Under the pieces are notes generated by a model. That model was not told the origin of the DNA. It did not search any database and was given only the letters and a program-made list of their open reading frames with translations. A stretch of DNA of 64,000 bases, from NCBI RefSeq assembly GCF_009914755.1, contig NC_060947.1; one strand, given 5' to 3'. Origin of the DNA: the human T2T-CHM13v2.0 reference genome, Homo sapiens. Each line of letters opens with the position of its first letter. Position 1 is the first letter of the stretch. Of the stretch, positions 32,572 to 45,575 are shown in pieces. Made by a program: the position numbers and the translations under genes.

Positions 32572-34837
32572 TATATCTGTGTGTTTTTACACTGCTGATA
32601 AAGACATACCCGAGACTGGGAAAAAAAAGAGATTTAATTGGATTTACAGTTCCAAATGGCTGGGGAGGCCTCAGAATTATGGCAGGAGGTGAAAGACACT
32701 TCTTACATGGTGGCATCAAGAGAAAATGAGGAAGAAGCAAAAGTGGAAACCTGAAAAATCAATCAGATCTTGTGAGACTTATTCACTATCATGAGAAAAG
32801 CACAGGAAAGACCATCCCTCATGATTGAATTACCTCCCCCGGGTCCCTCCCACTACAAGTGAGAATTCTGGGAGATAAAATTCAAGTTGAGATTTGGGTG
32901 GAGACAGAGTCAAACCATGTTATTCCACGCCTGGCTTCTCCAAATCTCTTGTCTTCACATTACAAAACCAATCATGCCTTCCCAACAGCCACTCAAAGTG
33001 TTAACTTATTTCAGCATTAACCCAAAAGTCCACAGTCCAAAATCTCATCTGAGACAAGGCAAGTCCCTTTCACCTATGAGCCTGTAAAATAAAAAACAAG
33101 CTAGTTACTTCCTAGATATAATGGGGGTACAGGTATTGGAATTCCAAATGGGAGGAATTGGACAAAACAAAGCAGTTACAGGGCCCATGCAAGTCCAAAA
33201 CCCGGTGAGGCAGTCAAATTTTAAAGCTCCAAAATGATCTCCTTTGACCCTAGGTCTCACATCCAGTTCAGGCGATGCAAGAGGTTGGTTCCCATGGTCC
33301 TAGAAAGCTCCATCCCTGTGGCTTTTCAGGGTATAGCCTCCTTCCCAGCTGCTTTCACAGGCTGGCATTGGGTGTCTGGCTTTTCCAGGTGCACAGTGCA
33401 AGCTGTCAGTGGATCTACCATTCTGGGGTCTGGAGGATGGTGGCTCTCTTCTCACAGCTCCACTAGGCAGTGCCTCAGTATGGACTCAGTGTAGGGGCTC
33501 TGACCCCACATTTCCCTTCTACACTGCTCTAGCAGAGGTTCTCCAAGAGGGCCCCACTTCTGCAGCAATCTTCTGCCTAGGCATCCAGATGTTTTCATAC
33601 ATCTTCTGAAATCTAGTTGGAGGTTCCCAAACCTCAATTCTTGACTTCTGTGCACCCGCAGGCTCAATACCATGTGAAGCTGCCAAGGCTTGGGGCTTCC
33701 ACCCTCTGAAGCCACAGCCTGAGCTGTAAAATTGGCCCCTTTCAGCAATGGCTAGAGCTGCTGGGACACAGGGCACCAAGTCCCTAGGCTGCACACAGCA
33801 ATGGAGGCTTGGGCCCAACCCACAAAACCACTTTTTCCTCCTGGGACTCTGTGCCTGTGATGAAAGGGGCTGCCGTGAAGGTCTCTGACATTGAATGGAG
33901 ACATTTTCCCCATAATCTTGGGGATTAACATTAAGCTCCTTGCTACTTATGCAAATTTCTGTAGCCAGCTTGAATTTCTCCCCAGAAAATGGGTTTTTCT
34001 TTTCTATTGCATAGTCAGGCTGCAGATTTTTCAAACCTTTATGCTCCACTTCCCTTATAAAACTGAATGCCTTTAACAGTACCTAAGCCACCTCTTGAAT
34101 GCTTTGCTGCTTGGAAATTTCTTCCACCAGATGCCCTAAATCATCTTTCTCAAGTTGAAACTTCCACAGATCTCTAGAGCAGGGGCAAAGTGCTGCCAGT
34201 TTCTTTGCTAAAACATAACAAGAGTCACCTTTACTCCAGTTCCCAACAAGTTGTTCATCTCCATCTGAGACCACCTCAGCCTGGACCTTATTATCCATAT
34301 CGCTGTCAGCATTTTGGGCAAAGCCATTCAACAAGTCTTAGGAAGTTCGAAACTTTCCCACATTTTCCTGTCTTCCTCTGAGCCCTCCAAACTGTTCCAA
34401 CCTCTGCCTGTTACCCAGTTCCCAAGTCACTTCTACATTTTCTGGTATCTTTTCAGCGACACCCCACTCTACTCGTACCAATTTACTGTATCAGTCTGTT
34501 TTCATGCTGCTGATAAAGACATACCCAAGACTGGGAAGAAAAAGAGGTGTCATTGGACTTAAAGTTCCACATGGCTAAGAAGGCCTCAGAATTATGTCGG
34601 GAGGTGAAAGGCACTTCTTACATGGCAGCGGCAAGAGAAAATGAGAAAGCAGCAAAAGCAGAAACCCCCGATAAACCCATCAGATCTCGTGAGACTTATT
34701 CACTATCATGAAAATAGCACCAGAAAGACTGGCCCCCATGATTCAATTACTTCCCCCTGGGTCCCTCCCACATGTGAGAATTCTGGGAGATACAATTCAA
34801 GTTGAGATTTGCATGGGGACACAGCCAAACCCTATCA
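32572..34837 (-). mobile_element. Complete THE1 (THE1C-like) MaLR provirus: LTRs 32572-32922 and 34487-34837, ~1.56-kb internal region
   Basis: Two ~350-bp direct repeats (ctgctgataaagacatacc...); 5-bp TSD tacac (32567-32571) / tacgc (34838-34842); internal ORF remnants on minus. Confidence 0.93.
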
Positions 34838-34942
34838 TACGCTGAGGTTTTACAGTCAGAGAAAAGAGGGTGTTTATTTGCAAGGCATCAATCAAGTATA
34901 ATTGGGAAACTCACATTGAGACCTGACCTACACGATGACTTA

Positions 34943-35275
<333 letters not shown>

Positions 35276-35817
35276 TCAACACATGGAGATTATGCATTGT
35301 CCTGGCTGAGAAGGGTAACATATCTGGAAGCAGAGGCTTACAGGTTATAGGTGAATTCACAGATTCTTTGACTTGTGATTGGTTAAGGAAGTGAAGCATC
35401 ATCTAAAATCTTAGGGTCAGCAGGGATAAATGTTAAGATCTGTCCTGTGGGTGTGGCTGTCTCCAAGACCCTCAGGAAGAAATTTAGAACAAAGAATGGA
35501 AGTCAGAATTAGTTCTTTTCTGGGGTCTGCCAGCAGATGGCATTTTTCAGTTGGTGAGAGTCTGGGTTTCTGAAAAGCAATCACGGACATATGTTGAGAT
35601 GTTATTTTTAGTTTCTATAGGAAACCAACAATCTTGTGGCTCTAATTTCCTTGGCTATTGCTTTAATCTATTATTACCTTTTTGCTTATCAGGTCGTTCA
35701 TTTGGTTCTCAAGACTATCAGGTGTCTGGAATTTCCCTTGAAGGAATTCAAAATTTTATTTTCATGCTTGGAGTGTGGGCTGGCAGGCCCCTAAAAGGGG
35801 TGTCTATTCTATCTCAG

Positions 35818-36062
35818 TCCCCTCTGTCTTTTGTCATTTCTCAATACTGAAGAATACAGGGATGCATATCGCTTTGGTTACTTACTGTAGAATTTGGAAG
35901 ATTGGGGACTGGGATATAAGAAGAGAAAGCTCCTAGCATGGAGCTTGAAATATGAGTCCTGGGCATGACATCATGGTGTTGAACTATCATTATATTGGTT
36001 GCTTTAGTTACTACTTTATTACAACATTTTAATACACATTTAGCTACAGTATAAAGTATAAG
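35818..36062 (-). mobile_element. ERV internal remnant with PPT and possible env TM tail
   Basis: On minus, aaaagacagagggga directly precedes the LTR; peptide LILYTVAKCVLKCCNKVVTKATNIMIVQ resembles an env membrane-proximal/cytoplasmic segment. Confidence 0.45.
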
Positions 36063-37190
36063 CAAAATCCCAAAAAATATTATTAACAGAAATAGAAATC
36101 TTAAAATTTAGATGGAACCATGGAAGACTCAGAATAAGCAAAGCTATCCAAAGCAAAAAGAACAAACCCAGAATAATTACATTACCTGACTCAGATTAAA
36201 CTATATAGCGATGGTAATCAAAACAAGATGTTACTGGCATAAATACAAAAACATAGATTAATAAAACAGAATTCAGATCCCAGACATAAATCCACATACC
36301 TACATTGAACTCATTTTTGACAAAAGTGCCACAAACATACACTAAGGAATAGACACTCTCTTCAAAATATGGTGGGGGGAAAACTGGATATCCATACACA
36401 AAGAAATTAAACTAAACCCCTATCTCTTGCCACATACTACAGTGAAATAAAAACGGATTAAAGACTTAAATCAAGGACCTCAAACTATGAAACTACTACA
36501 AGTAAACATTGGGGTAAATCTTCAGGACATTGGTCTCAGCAAGAACTTCATGAGTAATATCTCACAAGTACAGACAAAGCAAAAAAATGGTCAAATGGTA
36601 TCATATCAAGTGAAAAAGCTTCTGTAGAGCAAAGGAAACAATCAACAAAGTGAAGAGACAACCCACAGAATAGAAGAAAATATTTGCGAACTGCTCCTTT
36701 AACAAAGGATTAATAACCAGACTATATAAAAAGCTCAAGCAATTCTACAAAACAATTGATAATCAGATTTTAAAATGAGCAAAAGATCTTAATAGATCTT
36801 AATAGACATTTCTTTAAAGAAGACACACAAGTGGCAAACAGGCATATGAAAAGGTGTTCAACATCATTGATCATCAGAGAGATGCAAATCAAAACTACAA
36901 TGTGATATCATCTCACCCTATTTAAAATGATTTAAATCCAAAAGACAATCAATAATACTGGTGAGGATGTGAAGAAAAGGGAAACCTTGTACACTTTTTT
37001 TTAAGCTAGCACAATTATGAAGAACAGTTTAGAGTTTCTCACAAAACTAAATACAGAGCTACCATATAATCCAGCAATCACACTCTTGGGTACATACCCA
37101 ATAGAAAGGAAATCAGTACATTGAAGAGATATCTGCATGTTTTTTACAACACTGTTCACAATAGCCAAATTTTGGAAGCAACCTTAGTGT
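36063..37190 (+). mobile_element. L1MA-like ORF2 3' fragment
   Basis: aagcaaaaagaacaaa..ga; catttttgacaaaagtgcc; gaagagatatctgca. Confidence 0.8.
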
Positions 37191-37194
37191 TGTT

Positions 37195-37703
37195 CCTATA
37201 TTCAGGATTTCACAGTTGTAGCCATTGTGGTGTGGCACAGTTGGGTGTGGGTGCTAATTAAAGCCTTGTAGGATGGGAATCTCTGGTTGTGCTCCACTAC
37301 AGATACTCCCACACCAAACCCTCTGGGCTTCAGACTGGCTGGAGTTCTGCTTCTACCACCTCTCTAAGCAGCTCTCCCACACAACTCAATTGTCTGTGAG
37401 GGTCATGGGTTTTCCTGCTGCCAGGATTCGAAAGGTTTGTGGTGAGAGTGGGTTGCTTCTTAACTGCTCAACTTACTCCTTCCCCAGAAGTCACTGGTGG
37501 CCAGAAATGAGTCCCAGTGTGTGGTACCCCATGCTGAATTTCCATCTTCCTCCAACTTCAGCCACTATTTTTGTCTTCCCTTTGTCCACTCTCCATGTCT
37601 TCCCTCCAAAGCTCTGCTTGGAGTGTGCCAGCCTTTCCAATGTCCTGGTACCTCAGTGGCATATATTCCTGCTTGCTGCATGTAGTCAGCCATTGTGCCT
37701 CCT
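37195..37703 (-). mobile_element. Isolated old L1P 5' end fragment
   Basis: Minus strand starts ggaggcacaatggctgactacatgcagc (AAGATGGCCGACTAG-like), GC-rich. Confidence 0.55.
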
Positions 37704-38508
37704 AGCCTAATTCTGAAGGTCTTTTTTCTCACGACTGGAGCAAGATATGTATGCCCACTTACACCACTGCTGTTGAACATTGCACTTAGTGTTTATCCAG
37801 AGCAATTAGTCAAGAGAGAAATAATAGGCATCCGAATTTGAAAAGAGAAAGTCAAACTATTTCTCTTTGCAGACAGCATAATCTTACATTTAGAAAAACC
37901 TAAATACCCCACAAAAAATAAAGAAGACTGTACCAATAAAGTTTCAGAACTGATAAACAAATTCAGTGATGTTGCAGAACATTAAATTAAGATACACAAA
38001 TCAGTAGTGTTTCTATAAAACAATGATCTAGTTTAAAGAGAAATCAGGAAGGAAACCTCGTTTACAATACCTACAAAAAGATATAAGAATACATGTAAAA
38101 GTAAGAAAGTAAAGGACATCCATTTGGAAACTTATAAATCACTGAAGAAAGAAATTGAACAGAACATAAGCAAATGGATAGAAAACCCATGCTCCTGAAT
38201 CTGCTTAAGTATAAGATTCAAAACTATAAAACTATTACAGGAATACATAAAGGAATCACTCCAGACATTGATTTAGGCAAAGATTTTATGGCTGAGACCT
38301 CAAACGTGCAGGCAATGAAAACAAAAATAGATGAACCGAAGTATATTAAATTAAAACCTTATGCATAGGAAAGGACACAACCAAGTGAAGAGACAAACTT
38401 TTGAATAGAAGAATACACTCAAAAACGATTCATTTAACAAGGGACTAATATACAGAATATACGAGAAACTCAAACAACTCAACAGCAATAATTCAATTGA
38501 AGAGGAGT

Positions 38509-41417
38509 TGTATTAGTTTATTATCACACTGCTATAAAGAACTACCTGAGACCGTGTGATTTATGAAGAACATATATATAATTAACTCACGGTTCCACAG
38601 GCTTCACAGAAAGTATGGCTGGGAGGCCTCAGGATGTTTCCATTTATAGCAGAATGGGAGAGGGGTAGAAAGCAACTTCTTCTCATGGCAGCAGGAGAGA
38701 GAGATGGTGAGGTGGAAAGTGCCACACACTTTTAAACTATCAGATCTTGTAAGAACTCACTACTATCACAAGAAGACCATGGGGGAAATCCACCCCCTTT
38801 ATTCAATCACCTCCCACCAAGTTCCTCCCCCAAAATTGAGAATATTTGACATGAGATTTGAAATCATACAATTCTGCTCCTGGCCCCTCCAAAACCTTAT
38901 GTTCTTCTCACATTTCAAAACCAGTTATGCCTTCCCAATAGTCCCCAAAGTCTTAACTTATTCTGGCATTAACTCAAAATTCCAAGTCCAAAGTCTCATC
39001 TGAGGCAAGGCAAGTCTTTTCTTCCTAGGAGCCAGTAAAATCAAAGACAAGTTCGTTACTTCCAAGATACAATGTGGGTACAGGCATTGGGTAAATACTC
39101 CCATTTGAAAAGGGGGAAATTTGCCAAAACAAAGGGGCTACAGGCCCCATGGAAGTCCAGTATCCAACAGGGCAATTATTAAATCTTAAATCTCCAAAAT
39201 AATCTTTTACTCCATGTCTTACATCCAGGCCACACTGATGCAAGGAATGGTCTCTCATCACTCTGGGCAGCTCCTCTGCCCCTGTGGCTGTGAGGGTACA
39301 TCTTCTGTTGTTGTTTTCATGAGCTGGCATTGAGAGCCTGCAGCTTTTTCAGGTGCATGGGGCAATCTGTCAGTGAATCTACCATTCTGGGGTCTGGAGG
39401 ATGGTGGCCCTCTTCTCACAGCTCCACTAAGCAGTGCCCCAGTGGGGACTCTGTGTGGGGGCTCCAACCCCACACTTCCCTTCTGTACTGCCCCAGTAGA
39501 GGTTCTCCATGAGGGCTCCACCCTTGCAGCAGATTTCTGCCTGGACATCCAGGCATTTCCATCATCCTCTGAAATCTAGGTGGAGGTTCCTATGATGGTT
39601 AGTATTCAGGGATAACATATTTGAATTGAAGGACGCAAAATATTGTTCCTGGGTGTGACTGTGAGAGTGTTGCCGAGGGAGATTAGTGTTTGAGTCAATG
39701 GACTAGGAAAGGCAGACCCATTCTGAATCTGGGTTGGTACCTTCTAATCAGCTACCAGCACAGCTAGAATGAAGCAAGCAGAATTTGTAAGGACTAGACT
39801 TGATGAGTGTTCTGACCTTAATCTTTCTCCCTTGCTGCATGCTATCTTCCCCCAAACAATGGAATTCACGTTTTTCAGCTTTTGGACTTGGGCTTACACC
39901 AGTGGTTTGCCAGGAGCTCTTTGGCCTTCAGCCACAGACTGAAGTTTGCTGTCAGCTTCCCTACTTTTGAGGTTTTGGGACTCAACTGGCTTTCTTGCTC
40001 CTCAGCTTGCAGACATCCTATTGTGGGATTTCACCTTGTGATTGTGTGAGTCAATACTCTTTAATAAATTCCTTTTCCTGTAAACATCTATTTTATTAGT
40101 TCTGTTTTTCTACAGAATCCTGAGTGACACGGTTCCCAAACGTCAACTCTTGCCTTCTGTGCACCTGCAGGCCCAACACCATGTGGAAGCTGCCAGGGCT
40201 TGGGCCTTACACCCTCTAAGGCCATAGCCTGAGCTGTACCTTGGCCCCTTTTAGCCACAGCTGAAGCTGGAGTGGCTGGTAAGCAGGGCACCATGTCTCA
40301 AGGCTGCACAGAGCAGCTGAGCCCTAGTCCTGGCCAAATAAACCATTTTTCTATCCTGGGCCTCTGGGCCTGTGATGGGAGGGGCTACCATAAAGGTCTC
40401 TGACATGCCCTGGAGACATTTTTCCCATTGTCTTGGCTATTAATGCACAGCTTCTCTTTACTTCTGAAAATTTTATGCATCAGGCTTGAATTTTTTCCCA
40501 GAAAGTGAGTTTTTCTTCTCTACCGCATGACTGGGCTGCAAAGTTTTCAAACTTTCATGGTCTGCTTTGCTGTTATATATAGTGTCTAGTTTTTAATAAT
40601 CTCTTTGTTCACACATATGAGTGTACACTTTCAGAAACAGCCAGGTTACATCTTGAATGTTTTACTGCTTACAAATTTCTTCCACCAGATACCTTAAATC
40701 ATCTCTATCAAGTCCAAAGTTCCACAGATATCTACAGCAAGGGCAAAATGCTGCCAGTCTTTTTGCTAAAGCATAGCAAGAGTGACCTTTGCTCCAGTTC
40801 CCAATAACTTCCTAGTCTCCATCTGAGACCACCTCAGCCTGGACTTCATTGTCCATATCACTGTCAGCATTTCAGCAAAAACCATTCAACAAGTCTCCAG
40901 GAATTTCCAAATTTTCCCACATCTTTCTGTTTTCTTCTGAACCCTCCAAACTCTTCCAACCTCTGCCCATTACCCAGGTCCAAAGTTGCTTCCACATTTT
41001 CAGGTATCTTTACAGCAATACCCCGCTCTTGGTATCAATTTTCTGTATTAGTTAATTCTCATACTCTTATAAAGATCTACCTGTTACTGGGTAATTTATG
41101 GAGAAAATATGTTTAATTGACTCACAGTTCCACAGGCTTAACAGGAAGCATGGCTGGGAGGCCTTAGGACATTTACAATTATGGCAGAAGCATAAAGGGG
41201 TAGAAAGCACCTTTTTCTCATGGCAGCAGGAGATGGTAGGGGAGAAGTGCCACGAGCTTTTAAATCATCAGATCTCATGAGAACTCACTATCACAAGAAC
41301 AGCATGGGGAAAATCTATCCCCATGATTCAATCACCCCCCAACAGGTCCCACCCCCAACATTGGGAATTAAAATTTAACATGAGATTTGGGTAGAGACAT
41401 AGAGCCAAACCATATCA
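38509..41417 (-). mobile_element. Complete MST (MSTA/B-like) MaLR provirus: LTRs 38509-~38870 and 41044-41417
   Basis: LTRs run tgtattag...ctataaagaactacctgagac to caaaccatatca; perfect TSD ggagt (38504-38508 and 41418-41422); the internal region resembles THE1-int. Confidence 0.9.
39591..40131 (+). mobile_element. MLT2A-like (HERV-L) solo LTR inserted in MST-int
   Basis: tatgatggttagtatt...attgaaggacgcaaaatattgttcctgggtgtg; 5-bp TSD gttcc (39586-39590 and 40132-40136). Confidence 0.88.
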
Positions 41418-42369
41418 GGAGTTAAAAAACTTGAATAAACATTTTTTCAACCAAGACTTACAAATGGTCAACAAGTATATGAAATGATGCTCAACATTAC
41501 TAATTGTCAAGGAAATGCAAACCTACAGGAGATATCATCTTAACTAAGTTAGGATGATTATCATCAAGAAAAAAAGAATTATCATCAAGAAAACAAACAT
41601 TGGCAATAATGTGGAGAAAAGGACAATCTTATACATTGTTTCTGGGAATGTAAATTAGCACAACCATTATGGAAAACAATATGGATATTTATTTTAAAAC
41701 TAAAAATAAAACTACCATATAATCCAGCAATCCCATTACTGAGTATTTATTCCAAGGAATGAAAATCAGTATATCAAAGGGATACCTGCTCCCCCATGAT
41801 TATTGCACTGTTATTCACAATAACAAAGGTATGGAATCAACCTAAGTGTTAAGCAATGGATGAAGAAAATGCAATAGAATACTATTCGGTCATAAAAAAT
41901 CATGAAATTCTGTCATTTGCAGCAACATGATTGGAGCTGAAGAAAATTATGTTAAATGAGATGTCAGGCACAGAAAGATAAACATCACATATTCTTATTC
42001 ATATGTGGGTGCTAAAATTATTTAAGAGAGGTAGAGAGTAGAATGATAGTTACCAGAGGTGAGGAAGGGTGTGTGTTTCTCAAGGATAGATGAGAGAAGT
42101 TGGTTAATGGGTACAAAAATACAGTTATGTAGAAAGAATAAGATCCAATATTTGATAGCAGAATAGTGTGACTATAGTTAACAATGTATCCTACACTTCA
42201 AATTAGCTAGAAGACTTAAAATGCTACTAACTGAGAAAAAATAAATGCACAAAGTGACGAATAACCTACATAACCTAACTTGATAATTACTATGTGACAA
42301 TACATCACTTGTACCCAATAAGTATGTAGAAATCTAATGTATTAATAAGAAAGTCAATAATTTAAAAAA

Positions 42370-43545
42370 CAAATGACCTTGTTTTAAAAAGTGGCCAAAG
42401 ACCTCAGTGGACACCTCACCAATGAAGATATATAGATGGCAAATAACACAGAAAAAGATATTTTCAATCATATGTTATCAGGAAAATGCAAATTAAAACA
42501 ACAGTGAGGTAACACTACCTACCTACTAGAATAGCCCAAATCAGAAAATTGAACAACAGCCAATGCTGGTGAAATTTATGGAGCTACAGAAACTTTACTT
42601 TAAATGATAGCTTTTCAGCGTCTTACAGAACAAAGCACAGTCCTATAATAGAATCCACCGATTGTGCTTCTTGATATTTACCCAAAAAAGTTGAAAATGT
42701 ATGTTCACACACAAGTCTGCAAATGGATGTTTATAGCAGCTTTATTCATAATTGTCAAAAACTTGGGCGCAACTAAGATGTCCATCAGTAGTTGAAGGAA
42801 TGAACAGTTGTATATTCCAACAATAAATTGTTATTTATTGTTTAAAAAGCAATGAGCGATCAAGCTATAAGAAAAGCCATGGGCCTGGTGTGGTGGCTCA
42901 TGCCTGTAATCCCAGCACTTTGGGAGGCCAAGGCAGGCAGATCAAGAGGTCAGGAGTTTGAGAGCATCCTGGCCAACATGGTGAAACCCCGTCTCTACTA
43001 AAGATACAGAAAATTAGCCGGGTATGGTGGCACGCACCTGTAAACCCAGCTACTCCACTTGAATCCTTGAGGCGGAGGTTGCAGTGAGCCGAGATCTTGC
43101 CATTGCACTCCCATTGTACTCTAGTCTGGGCGACTGGGTGAGACTCCATCTCAAAAAAAAAAAAAAAGAAAGAAAAAAGAAAAGAAAGCAAGAAAAAAAA
43201 AGAAATGACAGGAAGGAAACTTACCTGCATATTAAGTGAAAAAAGTCAATCTGAAAAGGGCACATACTCGATAATTCTATGACTTTCTGGAAAAGGCAAA
43301 ATTATGCTGAAAGTAAAAAGATTAATGGTTGCCAGGGGTTAGGAGAGAGAAAAATATAAATAGACATAACACATGTTTTCTAGGGCAGTGAAGCTGTTTT
43401 GTTTGTCCCTGTAGTAATGGGTATATGTCATTATAAATTTGTCCAAACCCACAAGATGCATGACACCAAGAGCAAACCCTAATGTAAACTATGCATCGTA
43501 AGTGATAATCATGGGTCATTGTAGATTTACTGATTGTAATAAATA
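42370..43545 (+). mobile_element. L1MC-like 3' region, split by an Alu
   Basis: gacacctcaccaatgaagatatatagatggc; gtccaaacccacaagatg..gacaccaagagcaaaccctaatgtaaactatg. Confidence 0.75.
42882..43203 (+). mobile_element. Alu (AluS-like) with an internal deletion and an 11-bp duplication
   Basis: agctactc|cacttgaa deletion; ccattgcactc-ccattgtactc; A/GAAAA tail. Confidence 0.93.
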
Positions 43546-44398
43546 CAGTCATGCATCACTTAAGGTTTGGGATATGCTCTGATGAACATGTTGTTAGGTT
43601 ATTTTATCATCATGAGAACATCATATAGTTTACTTACAATAACCTAGTTGGTATTGGCTACTAGATACCTTAGTTATATGGTGTAGCTTATTTCTGCTAG
43701 GCTACAAACCTATACAGCACATTACTGTACTGAATATTGCAGGCAACTGTAACACAATGATAAGCATTTGTGTATCCAAACATATCTAAATATAAGAAGA
43801 ATACAATACATTTATAGTATAAAAGATAAGAAATGGTACATAACCATACAGGGCACTTACCATGAATGAAGCTTGTAGGAGTAGAAGTTGCTCTGGGTGA
43901 ATCAATGAGTGGTGAATGAATGTTAAGGCCTAAGACATTGCTGAACACTATTGTAGACTTTACAAACACTGTACATTAAATTTATAAGAATACTATTCTT
44001 TATTCAATAGTAAATTAACCTTAGATTACTGTAAACTTTTTACTTTGTAAAATTTTTGTTTTTAAATTTTTTTTTCTCTTTTGTAATAACAGCTTAAAAC
44101 ACAAACCGGTTATGCTGCTCTACAGAAATATTTTATTTTTTATATCCTTATTCTATAAGCATTTTTACATTTTTAATTTTGTGTTACTTTTTAAAAGTTT
44201 TTATTACAAACAAAAACAGAATCACACACATTAGCATAGGTCTATACATGGTTAGGATCATCAATTCACTGTCTTCCACTTCCACATCTTGTATCAGTGG
44301 AAGGTCTTCAGGGGCAATAACAGGCATGGAGCTGACATCTCCTATGATAAACAATGCCGTCTTCTGGAACACCTCCTGAAAGACCTGCCTAAGGCTGG
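43546..44398. mobile_element. Tigger3b/MER7-type DNA transposon, one end missing
   Basis: TA followed by cagtcatgcatcacttaa TIR; gctacaaacctatacagcac.ttactgtactgaat; ggaaggtcttcaggggcaataac. Confidence 0.85.
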
Positions 44399-44399
44399 G

Positions 44400-44476
44400 T
44401 TTTTTTTTTTTTTTTCCTTTAACTTTTAAGTTCCAGGGTACATGTGCAGGATGTGCAGGTTTGTTACACAGGTAAT
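44400..44476 (-). mobile_element. Very short L1PA 3' stub
   Basis: Poly(T) followed by aacttttaagttccagggtacatgtgcaggatgtgcaggtttgttac. Confidence 0.8.
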
Positions 44477-44519
44477 TAATTCCACTGAATAGCATACTAA
44501 AAATAGTTAAAATGGCATA

Positions 44520-44637
44520 TATATGTGTATACGTGTGTGTGTGGGTGTGTGTGTGTGTGTGTTGTATTTCTTGGGCTGGAAAAAATGCAGTTTCCTTTAA
44601 AGCATATTCCTGCTATAAAGTCTATATATAGATAGAT

Positions 44638-44683
<46 letters not shown>

Positions 44684-44690
44684 AAGATAG

Positions 44691-44723
<33 letters not shown>
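44520..44723. repeat. Compound STR cluster: (TG)n, (GATA)~11, (TA)n
   Basis: TG ~44533-44562, GATA ~44638-44681, TA ~44695-44723. Confidence 0.97.
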
Positions 44724-44726
<3 letters not shown>

Positions 44727-44861
44727 AGCCTTGGAGGACTGACAGGAATTTTTATTTTTACTTTTCCCAATCTAAAAACTCACATTCCAAGATGGGGAGA
44801 AACGTTATTTGTGCCATGTCAGAATTTGGGGTCATTTGCCTAACATCAACTCAGAAAGGCT

Positions 44862-45575
44862 TGTGGTGGATACTACTGTTTGCCAATCCAGAAGCCACTG
44901 TTCAGCTTCGTCCTTGCTAACAGAACTTCGGGATTTTTTTTTCAGATTTTGTAGCAGGAATATGCTTTAAAGGAAACTTTATTTTTCTCCAACCAAAGAA
45001 CTGCAATAAAATAGATTTGAACTATTTTATTTAATGATGGTTATTACATTCCTCTTGCCAGTAATTGGTATAGGATGTGCATATGACCTAATCAGAGCAA
45101 ATGTGATTGGTGTAGGGACAGGTAGTGCTACTGGGAAGGATTTCCCTACTATAAAAAGAAATGTTTGACTAACTATAGGTGATGAGATCTTGTAATCAGA
45201 GAGTCCAAAATAATTTATGTTCTAAGTATTATATAACAATATTGCCTACATTCTTGTTTTTGATTTATTTAAATACTCTTAAAGTGTGTGACTTATGAGA
45301 GAGAAAGATTTCACACTGTTTTGTAGGAACAATCTTTTAGCTCACTTCCTTGCTTGATGTTGCTAAAGCCATTTGGTGACCATGAAGGGAGTTGCTTGAA
45401 TGGCAAAGACAGTTTGAACGTGGTAACAAAAGGAGTCTTTAGTGAAGTAATTTATTTACTGAAATAACCAATGGTATAATTGAACTGCCTAAAGATTTTT
45501 TATGTGAGAAAATAAAAATATCTTTATTGTTGAATCTGGCTTTTCATTCCTTACAGGCAAGAATACTCTCACCCC
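44862..45575 (+). mobile_element. LTR33-like ERVL LTR (decayed)
   Basis: tgtggtggatact...ccttgctaacagaac...cattcctcttgccagtaattggt...catatgaccta; gccatttggtgaccatgaaggga; atgtgagaaaataaa. Confidence 0.6.

Larger units (their letters stand above)
37712..42365 (+). mobile_element. L1MA-like 3' half, interrupted by an MST provirus
   Basis: RT region tttgcagacagcataatc; contiguous across TSD ggagt; L1MA 3' end near 42300-42365. Confidence 0.8.

Noticed and set aside
33234-34334. THE1-internal ORFs (98-176 aa) as genes
   Set aside because: Fragmented MaLR internal ORF with frameshifts.
32820-34780. PRDM9 hotspot motif in the THE1 LTRs
   Set aside because: I found no intact CCTCCCTNNCCAC; the element looks THE1C-like rather than THE1A/B.
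39605-39635. DUX4 site in the MLT2A LTR
   Set aside because: The expected TGATTGGATTGA is degraded to atttgaattga.
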